The notes under the pieces are model-generated. The model was given only the letters and a program-made list of their open reading frames with translations, searched no databases and was not told the origin of the DNA. Of a stretch of DNA of 45,711 bases, positions 1 through 8,274 are shown piece after piece. The position numbers were made by a program, and so were the translations under genes. The first letter of the stretch is position 1; each line of letters starts with the position of its first letter. The DNA is from Alphaproteobacteria bacterium (GTDB taxonomy: Bacteria; Pseudomonadota; Alphaproteobacteria; CACZRW01): the NCBI GenBank assembly GCA_017507765.1, contig JAFWAG010000033.1, positions 1-45,711 of the forward strand, read 5' to 3'.

Positions 1-94
1 ATTGCGAGTCGCTTACGGTGGACGTGGTACTATCAGCGATGTTCAGCAGCCAAGGTATGGAAGGCAGATTTTGGACATAATCAACCCCTTCTAA
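1..94 (+). CDS. flgH: Flagellar L-ring protein FlgH, C-terminal fragment (truncated by window start)
   Basis: Frame from nt 2 reads [30 protein letters not shown], matching the alphaproteobacterial FlgH C-terminus ([15 protein letters not shown]...PF). Not in the ORF track. Confidence 0.85.
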   Translation, partial: LRVAYGGRGTISDVQQPRYGRQILDIINPF

Positions 95-218
95 AAAAAC
101 TTTTAGAGGGAAGCTATCAACGAATCTTCGGATAAGCCTGATGTTCACGTACTATTTGTACGCTGGAACCTCAGGCTTTCCTTGTTTCGCCGATATCTTC
201 TCCTTTAAAAGTTTTTTA
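92..218. repeat. ~127-bp imperfect palindrome (REP/RPE/MITE-like)
   Basis: Nested inverted arms: taaaaaaacttttagagg/cctttaaaagtttttta, gaagctatc/gatatcttc, aagcctga/tcaggctt, cgtac-tattt-gtacg. Confidence 0.7.
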
Positions 219-410
219 CCCTCTTTGTGGCGGTGGAAAGTTGGAGTAAAGGTTTTGGTGCAGCACGGTAATTTAGCCGCTTTTATCGTCTATCTCAGGC
301 TTTCCTTGTTTCGCCGATATCTTCTCCTTTAAAAGTTTTTTACCCTCTTTGTGGTGGTAGAATGTCGGGAGTAAAGGTTTTGGCACAGCACGGCAATTTA
401 GCCGCTTTTA
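170..410. repeat. Tandem direct repeat, two ~116-bp copies (170-285 and 294-410)
   Basis: Both copies start ctcaggctttccttgtttcgccgatatcttctcctttaaaagttttttaccctctttgtgg and end gcacgg(t/c)aatttagccgctttta. Period 124 bp. Confidence 0.9.
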
Positions 411-503
411 AGGCTTGTCGAGCTACTTGCTTAAAGAAGCCGCAGTTAAAAAACAGTTTGCTAAAAAAAGGAAGTCTGCCTGATAACAGTATTTTATAAT
501 TCC

Positions 504-1529
504 TTAGAAGGAAAAGCCTCTGCTTGGCGGCATTTCACGGTTGGCCCGCATCATGCCGTAAGTATCTGCGTCCGTGATGCTTACTTCTTCCAAAACTAAC
601 ATACCGTTGGTGGAAGAACGGTTCATCGTGGCTTTTAAATAAGGCTTATCAAGTCCTTCGGTCCATAACATTTCCACTAAATCCGAAGGCATACCGTATT
701 TTTCAATCACTCTTTGCCAGAAAGCTTTTCTTCTTTCCCGCTTTTTAAATACGGCTTCGGTACTGGTGCCAAGAGAGTAATCACCTTCGCTGACATAAGT
801 TATCTTATAAGAAAGGTTGTCGCCGAAAGAACTGGTGAAATTAACTTTGATTTTCTCTTTGTTTGCTTGGTTGGCAAGACGGATTTCCGAAATGTAACGT
901 TCGCCCTTCTTTTCTGCCATGTTTTTGATGCATTCTTGGGTGGCGGTATAAACTAAGTATCCGGCGTCTTGACAGGTTTCTTTGTATTTCCAACTTAAAA
1001 ATCTGGGGATATTGTAAATCGTATCAACCAAAGTAAAGTTATATTCTTTGGCTGCTTCTTCTGCTTCTTCCGGAGTCATGCCAAGACCAATGCCGGCTAT
1101 GTCAAAACGGGAAGCGTCAATAAGGCGGGTAAAAGCAGGCTGTTTATCTTCTTTGGGTTGGGTTGCTTCGGGTACGGTACCTTTGCCAAGAGTCGGCAAA
1201 GCGTTCTTGGTAAAGCCGATATCCAAAATCGGTGGAAGCGGAACTACCAATTGGGTTGGAGCAGAAGACGATGTACCTGCCGGAGTCTCGGTTCCGGCGG
1301 CGGGAGATTGAGTATTTGCAGGTGCATTGTTGGCCAAGGGAATTGGTAAGTCCGGAAGGTCAAACATACTGTCGTTGTTGGCAGAATTGTCTTCGCTTGT
1401 TACCGGAATCTTACGAAACTCTAAGGTAGAGTCGACTTTTTTATCTTCGGCAAAGGCGTTTGCCGCATAATTTCCTACTGCCGCTAACAGCCCGAAAAAC
1501 AGAAAGATTTTGCTAGGTTTGAAAATCAA
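504..1529 (-). CDS. Exported hypothetical protein
   Basis: 341-aa ORF with an N-terminal signal peptide (..AFA|E), a Pro/Ala/Thr-rich linker and a globular C-terminal part (FDIAGIGLGMTPEE). Confidence 0.7.
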   Translation of the reverse strand: MIFKPSKIFLFFGLLAAVGNYAANAFAEDKKVDSTLEFRKIPVTSEDNSANNDSMFDLPDLPIPLANNAPANTQSPAAGTETPAGTSSSAPTQLVVPLPPILDIGFTKNALPTLGKGTVPEATQPKEDKQPAFTRLIDASRFDIAGIGLGMTPEEAEEAAKEYNFTLVDTIYNIPRFLSWKYKETCQDAGYLVYTATQECIKNMAEKKGERYISEIRLANQANKEKIKVNFTSSFGDNLSYKITYVSEGDYSLGTSTEAVFKKRERRKAFWQRVIEKYGMPSDLVEMLWTEGLDKPYLKATMNRSSTNGMLVLEEVSITDADTYGMMRANREMPPSRGFSF

Positions 1530-1633
1530 GTTTTTAATCCCTTATCAAAAAGAGTTGCATCTGCTACATTCTGATTATTAAAACAAGTTTTGCGCTTAAT
1601 TTAAAGGATAAATGTTAAGGAGGCACTAATATT

Positions 1634-2200
1634 ATGTCAAAATTAAAAACTTTGGGCGTGTTCTGCGGCGGTTCGGACGGAAATAATCCTGCTTTTTTGC
1701 AGGCCGGAAGGGATTTGGGTAAAGAACTGGCGGAAAAGAAAATCGAGCTGGTATACGGTGCCGGATTTACAGGAATTATGGGCGCTTTGGGAACCTCTGC
1801 GCATGAAAATAAAGGGCGCTTGGTCGGCGTAATCACCAATCATTTGCAACGCAGCGAACGCCCGACTTTTACCATAGATGAACTGATTATCGTTTCCAGT
1901 ATGCATTTGCGGAAAGATATTATGTTTAACCGTTCAGATGCTTTTTGTATCTTGCCGGGGGGAATCGGAACTTTGGACGAGCTGTTTGAAATTATGGCAA
2001 TGCGCCAAATCGGGGAAACCAACAAGCCGATTATCGTTGCCAATATCGACGGTTTCTGGGACCACTTCAACGGTCTTTTGAAAGAGCTGATTAAAAACGA
2101 ATTTGCTCAGGAAAAGCATGAGCATCTGGTTACCGTTGTAAATAGCGTGGACGAGGTAATTCCTACAATTGAAAGAGAGTTGGCAAGTTTAAACGGATAG
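1634..2200 (+). CDS. LOG family nucleotide phosphoribohydrolase (TIGR00730-type)
   Basis: VFCGG, LVYGAG..GIMG, MHLRK and PGGIGTLDE motifs; SD aggagg. Confidence 0.92.
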   Translation: MSKLKTLGVFCGGSDGNNPAFLQAGRDLGKELAEKKIELVYGAGFTGIMGALGTSAHENKGRLVGVITNHLQRSERPTFTIDELIIVSSMHLRKDIMFNRSDAFCILPGGIGTLDELFEIMAMRQIGETNKPIIVANIDGFWDHFNGLLKELIKNEFAQEKHEHLVTVVNSVDEVIPTIERELASLNG

Positions 2201-2319
2201 GTGTGTCTTTTTAGTAACGTTATGGTTAATTTTTGCAAAAAATATCCCTAAAGATATACTTTTAAACTTGTTTTAATTTGGTTTTTGTATTTACTTAGAC
2301 AATATTATTTTTCTGAAAG

Positions 2320-3117
2320 TTGAGACTGATGAAGCAAAAGCTGAAAAAACTTTGGTTGCCCCTTAAAAAGACTGCAATGGCGGCAGTTCTTTCCTCTGTG
2401 TTGTTTTTGGGGGCGTGTGCGGCAACGACTTCGTCGGAGTATGCTTATGCGGTTAATGATCCGTTTGAGCCGGTAAACAGAGTTACTTTTGAATTCAATC
2501 AGATTGTCGATAAAATAGTTTTAAAGCCGGCGGCGATGGTATATCGGACGGTGGTTCCGCCTATCTTCCAAGATATACTTACCAACTTTTTCAGCAATTT
2601 ATTTACGCCGGTAGTATTCTTTAACAATATCCTGCAGGGGGATTTTGAACAGGCGGGAATGACCCTTGGCCGCTTTATGACAAATACCGTTTATGGTTTC
2701 GGCGGTACAATGGATATTGCTTCCCGTTTGGATATTCCCAAAAGTAAAGCTGATTTCGGCATGACGTTGGCGAAATGGGGCGTTCCGGAAGGTCCGTATT
2801 TGGTTTTACCTATCTTTGGTCCGGCAAATACCAGAGAGGCTTTCGGTGTTGGTGTTGATTTCTTTATGAACCCTATAAATATTGCGGCAATGAATCCTCA
2901 CAACGAAAAACTTGCTAATTTGGATTGGATAAGGTTCGGAGTGGAAATCGTTGCAGTTCGGGCTTCGGCTGTGGAACTTTTGGACGATTTGGAACGTAAC
3001 TCTCTGGATTTGTATGCCGCTACCAGAAGTATGTATCGCCAAAATCGGGAATATGTTATTCGGGGAAAAAATAAAGCCGATAACCAAGATTATGATTTTG
3101 ATTTTAATATAGAATAA
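2320..3117 (+). CDS. mlaA: MlaA/VacJ lipoprotein
   Basis: Lipobox LGAC; DPFEPVNR, DFGMTLAKWG and GPYLVLPIFGP motifs. Start may be 2329. Confidence 0.92.
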   Translation: MRLMKQKLKKLWLPLKKTAMAAVLSSVLFLGACAATTSSEYAYAVNDPFEPVNRVTFEFNQIVDKIVLKPAAMVYRTVVPPIFQDILTNFFSNLFTPVVFFNNILQGDFEQAGMTLGRFMTNTVYGFGGTMDIASRLDIPKSKADFGMTLAKWGVPEGPYLVLPIFGPANTREAFGVGVDFFMNPINIAAMNPHNEKLANLDWIRFGVEIVAVRASAVELLDDLERNSLDLYAATRSMYRQNREYVIRGKNKADNQDYDFDFNIE

Positions 3118-3136
3118 TAATTAAGGAGATGATGAA

Positions 3137-3769
3137 ATGAAGAAATATGCCATTTTAGGATTGGCTCTTCTGTGCGGATTTGCTTTCTTTACGGCAAAGG
3201 ACTGTGCGGCAAAATCATCTGATCCTGCGATTGCTTTTGTGGAAAATCTTGCTGATGAGTTTATCACCAAGATATTTACCGCCAAGAGTTCGGAAAAAGC
3301 CAAAGTTGATAACTTCCGCAAAACGTTTTTAAAAAACTGTGATTTGGATTTTATCAGCAAGTTCGTTTTGGGTAAGGCTTGGCGTACCGCTTCGGCAGAG
3401 AATAAAGAAAGCTTTACCAAACTGTTTTCCGAAAACGTTATTCTTACTTGGGCGGGACGTTTTAAAGAATACAACGGGCAGACAATAAAAATTACCGGAA
3501 CCAGACCGGCGCAATCCGGACAGCTTTATGTGGATTCTCAGGTAATTTCTCCGGTGCCGAATACCGCTCCGATTGCTTTGGTGTGGCGTTTGAAAAACGT
3601 GGACGGGGATTATAAAATTGTTGATTTAATCATTGAAGGCGTAAGTATGGCAATGTCATACCGTAATGAATATGCGGCAATTTTGCAGGCTTCGGGCGGA
3701 GATATCGCCAAGCTTACCGAGTCTTTGGAAAAGAAAAATAAAGCTTTGGCAAAAGACTTAGGAATCTAA
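3137..3769 (+). CDS. mlaC: MlaC/Ttg2D phospholipid-binding periplasmic protein
   Basis: Signal peptide; FVLGKAWR and KIVDLIIEGVSM..SYRNEY motifs; directly follows mlaA. Confidence 0.9.
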   Translation: MKKYAILGLALLCGFAFFTAKDCAAKSSDPAIAFVENLADEFITKIFTAKSSEKAKVDNFRKTFLKNCDLDFISKFVLGKAWRTASAENKESFTKLFSENVILTWAGRFKEYNGQTIKITGTRPAQSGQLYVDSQVISPVPNTAPIALVWRLKNVDGDYKIVDLIIEGVSMAMSYRNEYAAILQASGGDIAKLTESLEKKNKALAKDLGI

Positions 3770-3838
3770 GCTTTTTGTTTGCTTTGTCAGCATGATAAAA
3801 AAGGCTTTATACCGGAGAGGTCAGAGCTTTTAATGTGG

Positions 3839-4081
3839 CTATTCCGGAAGGTCTTCGTCTAAGATTGCCATGTTGAAATCGTAAGAAAGTTCACCTTCTT
3901 CAAAGTTGCGGTAAATAACACCGATGAACTCTCCGCCAACGTGTACTTCAACCGGAGCATCTTTGCCGGAACCGTCTTTTAAGGATATTCTTTCGGTGCC
4001 GAAAACGTTGCGCAGATATTGCTGAACTCTTTGGATTTCTTTGGTATTCAATCTTTCCTCCATGGTTTTTTCTTCCTGCAT
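3839..4081 (-). CDS. DUF3126 family protein
   Basis: EI.R.Q.YLR..FG...EV.VGGEFIGVIY...EEGE.SYDFNMAIL..DL pattern typical of this alphaproteobacterial family. Confidence 0.8.
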   Translation of the reverse strand: MQEEKTMEERLNTKEIQRVQQYLRNVFGTERISLKDGSGKDAPVEVHVGGEFIGVIYRNFEEGELSYDFNMAILDEDLPE

Positions 4082-4239
4082 ATAGCATAGACTTTTAAGT
4101 TTGACAAATATACTTTTTTTGGTAAACTTACGCCCCTTACTTCCGGGAAAGAGAATCTTTATAAGGTTCCACTTTTAAAGGCAAAGGGTAGTCTTTAAAG
4201 GGATACCGGGACAACAAAAATAAACTTAGAGGTTTTATT

Positions 4240-4854
4240 ATGACTAAACGCTTGCAAAGCAAATATAAAATTGACCGCCGTCTTGGCGTTAATCTGTGGG
4301 GCAGAGCTAAAAGCCCCGTAAACCGCCGTGAATACGGCCCCGGTCAGCACGGTCAGCACAAAGGTAAGCTTACCGATTACGGCGTCCAGCTCCAGGCTAA
4401 GCAGAAAATTAAAGGCTATTACGGAAACGTTTCCGAAAAGCAACTCCGCAAGTATTTTGAAGAGGCCAAGCGTCGCCACGGCGATACTTCCGAAAACTTA
4501 ATCGGAATCTTGGAAACTCGTCTTGACGCTGCGGTTTATCGTTTGAAGTTTGCTCCTACGGTTTTTGCTTCTCGTCAGTTCATTAACCACGGACATATTA
4601 AAGTTAACGGCAAACGTGTTAATATTGCTTCTTATCTGTTGAAAGAAGGCGATGTTATCGAAGTCAGAGAGAAATCCAAAGACTTGGCTATCGTTTTGGA
4701 AGCTTTGGCTTCTACGGAACGTGAAGTACCGGATTATTACGAAGTAGACGAAAAAGCCCTTAAAGGTACTTTCTTAAGAGTGCCTAAGTTGGCTGATGTT
4801 CCTTATCCTGTTCAGATGGAACCGAATCAGGTCGTCGAATTGTACTCTCGTTAA
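4240..4854 (+). CDS. rpsD: 30S ribosomal protein S4
   Basis: [45 protein letters not shown]. Confidence 0.98.
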   Translation: MTKRLQSKYKIDRRLGVNLWGRAKSPVNRREYGPGQHGQHKGKLTDYGVQLQAKQKIKGYYGNVSEKQLRKYFEEAKRRHGDTSENLIGILETRLDAAVYRLKFAPTVFASRQFINHGHIKVNGKRVNIASYLLKEGDVIEVREKSKDLAIVLEALASTEREVPDYYEVDEKALKGTFLRVPKLADVPYPVQMEPNQVVELYSR

Positions 4855-4876
4855 GAGTTGTCGGTTTGAGTTTAAA

Positions 4877-4911
4877 GCAACGGCTTCCTTTATCGGAGGC
4901 CGTTGTTTTTT
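4877..4911 (+). terminator. Rho-independent terminator after rpsD
   Basis: gcaacggcttcc-tttatc-ggaggccgttgt followed by a T run. Confidence 0.85.
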
Positions 4912-4947
4912 CTTTGGCAGATAATCTGTTCGTTGCCATTGAAAAGG

Positions 4948-4975
4948 TTGACAAAAATATAAGCAAAGATATTAT
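4948..4975 (+). promoter_or_regulatory. Sigma70-like promoter
   Basis: TTGACA-16 nt-TATTAT upstream of the ORF at 5023. Confidence 0.5.
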
Positions 4976-5022
4976 ATGCGGATAGGTAAACAGAAATCTT
5001 TAATGCTTTGGGAAAGGTTGGC

Positions 5023-5382
5023 ATGGCAGGAATAGAAAGAGACAGTATAGGCACAGATGCTTTGTGTACCAGTGGGGCATTGGTTGGTTCTTTTATCGGT
5101 GTACTTGGTTGTGCCGGTTTAAATATTACATCTTTGCCGGCGGTGGCTACGGTCGCAATGTGCGGAGCTGTCGGTTGCTTGTTGATGAATGCCGATCATG
5201 AAGGATATGCCTTGACGCCTACTTTGGTCGGAACGATTAGTACGGCAGTCGGTTTTGTCATTGGCGGGACAATCGGAAGCCTGCCGGGTGGTTTGGTCGG
5301 TTTCTGCGGTATGGTCGGCGGAGCTATGGCGGGCGGAATACTGGCACGCTATATCGCTCGGCAAGTAATCAATAACCGTTAA
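5023..5382 (+). CDS. Small glycine-zipper membrane protein
   Basis: Hydrophobic helices with GxxxG repeats. ATG at 5023 preferred over TTG at 5008. Confidence 0.65.
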   Translation: MAGIERDSIGTDALCTSGALVGSFIGVLGCAGLNITSLPAVATVAMCGAVGCLLMNADHEGYALTPTLVGTISTAVGFVIGGTIGSLPGGLVGFCGMVGGAMAGGILARYIARQVINNR

Positions 5383-6101
5383 AACAATTTTTCTTTTTCT
5401 ATCTTTGACATTTTCTCTTCGTAAGTCATAGGGCTAAAGCCGTGCCAAGTTATACCACTTTTTACAACTTTAGCCGGAGAGCCTGCGATAACGGTATGTT
5501 CTTCTATAAACTTTTTGGTTACTACCGAGGCAATGCCTACGATACTATCGTCAGGAATCTGGGCATTCTTGGTTAAGGTAACACGTTCGCCAATCCAGCA
5601 ATGATTGCCGATAATGATAGGCGATGAAGGTTTATTGAGTACTTTATGAGTATTAACATCTAAGACTGCATGTCCGTCGCCCCAAATGGTAATATTATCG
5701 GAAAACATACATTTTTCACCAATGATAAGGTGATTTTGCAATAAAGAAATAATAACACTGCCCGCTTCTGTATTACTGCCAATTGTCATGAGAGAATGCG
5801 GTTCATAACAAACAAGGTTCCAAGAACCAGAAACATTTTGACCGATTGCAATGGAACAATCATTTGCCGGAATACAAAACTTGGAACGGTTTAATCTGGA
5901 AGGTAAGGTAATTTTAATTAAATTATTATTTCCCGTTATTGAGGTACGTAATTCCGGTAAGTCATAAGGGCGAGCTAAGCGTTCTTTGCCGTTTTCAACG
6001 ATTAAAATCTTGTTTCCTTTGCCCCTGTCTTTAAAATATTTTTTGGTTAAATAGGGGTGAATGGAGCATATATAAGCTAGGATTTTACGTTTTAAGCTCA
6101 T
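5379..6101 (-). CDS. Hexapeptide-repeat (left-handed beta-helix) acyltransferase, probably surface glycan O-acetylation
   Basis: IIGEKCMFS..I..GDGH, IIIGNHCWIGERVTLTK..IPDDSIVG..SVVTK, IAGSPAKVVK. Confidence 0.88.
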   Translation of the reverse strand: MSLKRKILAYICSIHPYLTKKYFKDRGKGNKILIVENGKERLARPYDLPELRTSITGNNNLIKITLPSRLNRSKFCIPANDCSIAIGQNVSGSWNLVCYEPHSLMTIGSNTEAGSVIISLLQNHLIIGEKCMFSDNITIWGDGHAVLDVNTHKVLNKPSSPIIIGNHCWIGERVTLTKNAQIPDDSIVGIASVVTKKFIEEHTVIAGSPAKVVKSGITWHGFSPMTYEEKMSKIEKEKLF

Positions 6102-6102
6102 T

Positions 6103-6258
6103 TTATGCCTTTCCTATGCTTTTATTGCGCTTGGCAATATGCTTATAAAGCATCGTAGGAAGGGTTGCATTAAGCCCAAACGTAATAACGGTTATGCTTT
6201 CAGAATTAACGCTATTTTTTGCGGGGGGGGTAGATAGTTTCATTTTCTTAGGTGACAT
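6103..6258 (-). CDS. 51-aa upstream ORF with a C8 tract; degenerate copy of the pilin gene 5' end
   Basis: SD aggaagg, then MSPKKMKLSTPPAKNSVNSESITVITFGLNATLPTMLYKHIAKRNKSIGKA*. The TAA ends 1 nt before the acyltransferase ATG. Confidence 0.6.
   Translation of the reverse strand: MSPKKMKLSTPPAKNSVNSESITVITFGLNATLPTMLYKHIAKRNKSIGKA
6223..6230. repeat. Homopolymer G8 (C8 on the coding strand)
   Basis: gcGGGGGGGGtaga. Confidence 0.95.
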
Positions 6259-6345
6259 AGATTTTTCCTTCCTAAGTCTTAATTTTAAACAAAATCATAG
6301 TATCGCTTGCATTCTTTAAGTCAAATGCTTTGTAACTATGGACAA

Positions 6346-8213
6346 TTATTCTGCGGTGTCGATAAGGGATATTCTTACCCAACCGTTACCGGTGCATTTG
6401 GCGCTGCCGGTTTCTCCGCCGCCTTCATCAAACACCCATACCGCAGGGTCGCAAGCCGGCCAGCCTGTCGGCATGGGGTCAAGGCAAACTCTGCCGCCTC
6501 CGCCTCCTCCGGCATAGGAGTTTCCGCGTCCGCCATCTCCACCGCCGAATCCTCCGCCGGCACCACCAGCTCCGCCACCACGGGTATCACCCCCGCCACC
6601 GCCTCCGCCGCCATAGGCGCCGCCGTTACCTCCGGCACCAAGTGCACCCCAAGCATAATTTTGTCCGCCAAGGCCATAAGCTGATGGAGTGCCGTTATTG
6701 CCACCGCCAACTCCGCCCAAGCCTTTGCAGCCGCCTAAGGAGTTTGCGCCTCCGCCACAGCTGTTGCCTCCGCCACCGTGGTTTGCCGTATAAGTGCTGT
6801 TCCAGGTTCCCGAAGCTCCGCCGCCGACCAAGATACGATGTTTATCTTGCCAAGCTGATGTGCCAAAGCGGATTTCCGTGCCTCCTCCGGCTCCGACGTA
6901 GCCTCCTCCTATACCAATACCGGCAACAATGACAAAAAATGAATCTGCTTTTTTGTGGATTTTGCTTCCCCAACTGTAACCGCCGTATCCTTTGCCGGTG
7001 GAGTTGTTTCCTCCGCATAATTCAAACTTGTATTCCGCTTCTCTGCCCAAAAGAGTGAAGGTGTAAGTGTTCGGAGTGTTTTGGTAAAAATATTCCGTTA
7101 AAGACGGGTTGTTTCTTAACTCGCAAGACGTTTGGCTCAGGTTGTTATAGGCTTTATAGGTGAGCTTGTGGCTGACGGCAGTCGGGGAATTGCCATTTGC
7201 TTCATAAGCTTTGCGAACTTGTTCACAGGTTTGGTTCAAGCGGTAATCATAGCCAAGTTTGCAAACGGTAGAGTTTCCGGAGTCGCAGTTATCAATTACT
7301 TCTTTCGGGTCATATCCGTTCGTAGACGTGAAATAACATTTGGTGGTGCGGAAAGCTCCGTTGTTGCCAGAGGTAAGGTTAAATGTAGTGCCGGATACCG
7401 GAGTTACTCCTTCGTCATGATAAACCTGCCATACTTCCTGACAAGTGCGGTTATAGCTGTTAATAAAGCCTTCCGTACAGTCCATGGTGTTTCCGGTGTT
7501 ACAAGACAGAATGATTTCCAATGGATTTTTGTTCCATTTGTCTTTACACCGTTTGTCTTCGGGAATGTCGGGGTTGGTAAAGCATAATTGTCCGGCATTT
7601 ACGGTTTGAGCGTTAAGGGAATTAAACTCATGCTCCTCTATCGCCGCAAAGATTTTATCCATGTCCAAGTCATCTTCTTTGTCATAGGCGGTTGTAACTA
7701 CCGGTATGCCTTTTGGCAATGAAGTAAAGCCGTAATTACTTATATTTTCCGCCCAGACTCCGTTTATACCCCATGCACGATTTGTATCTTGCGCTGAGTA
7801 TATTCCCGCCGATACGCCAAGCAATGATGCGACCTTTGCTGCTTTCATATCATTGCCGGCGTTATCGGAGGCTATCATCGCATTTATGGTGCCGTCCGAG
7901 TCTTTGCGGATACCTATGGAGTAGCCGGTTATATCCACGCCAACTTCAACCGGTTCAAGAATTGTAGTACCAACCGAAAGCGAGTCTTTGTTTGCTTCGA
8001 TATATTCCTTGGTTTGCGCTTTTAACAAAAGCAGAGTGTTGGCTTCGTTTATATTGTCGATTTCTTCCCGCCGGTCGGCAACGTGTTTATAAAGTATCGG
8101 CGTTAAGGCGGCAATAAGCCCTAACATCACAATAACTTCAACGGTGATACTTCCGGATTGGACGCTATTTTCTAGCGGGGGGGGGTAGAGACTTTCATTT
8201 TTCTAGGAAACAT
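6346..8213 (-). CDS. Type IV pilin-like (PilV-like) adhesin, frameshifted at a poly-C tract (phase OFF as sequenced)
   Basis: ATG at 8213 after SD aaagga gives MFPRKMKVSTPPR*. One more C gives MFPRKMKVSTPPPLENSVQSG|SITVEVIVMLGLIAALTPILY (G-1, E+5, hydrophobic helix), in frame with the 594-aa ORF. Confidence 0.8.
8177..8185. repeat. Homopolymer G9 (C9 on the coding strand), candidate slipped-strand switch
   Basis: agcGGGGGGGGGtagag. Confidence 0.95.
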
Positions 8214-8274
8214 AGCTTTTTCCTTTCTTAAGTTTAAGTAAGAATAGAATGGCTTAAGTATAGGCAATAAAACT

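Noticed and set aside
170-410. ORF 141-332, and a CRISPR-like reading of the tandem repeat
   Set aside because: The ORF merely spans non-coding repeats. There are only two long copies and no unique spacers.
6346-8213. Diversity-generating retroelement or shufflon acting on the pilin C-terminus
   Set aside because: No reverse transcriptase, adenine-mismatched template repeat, Rci-like recombinase or inverted alternative C-termini were seen in the window.
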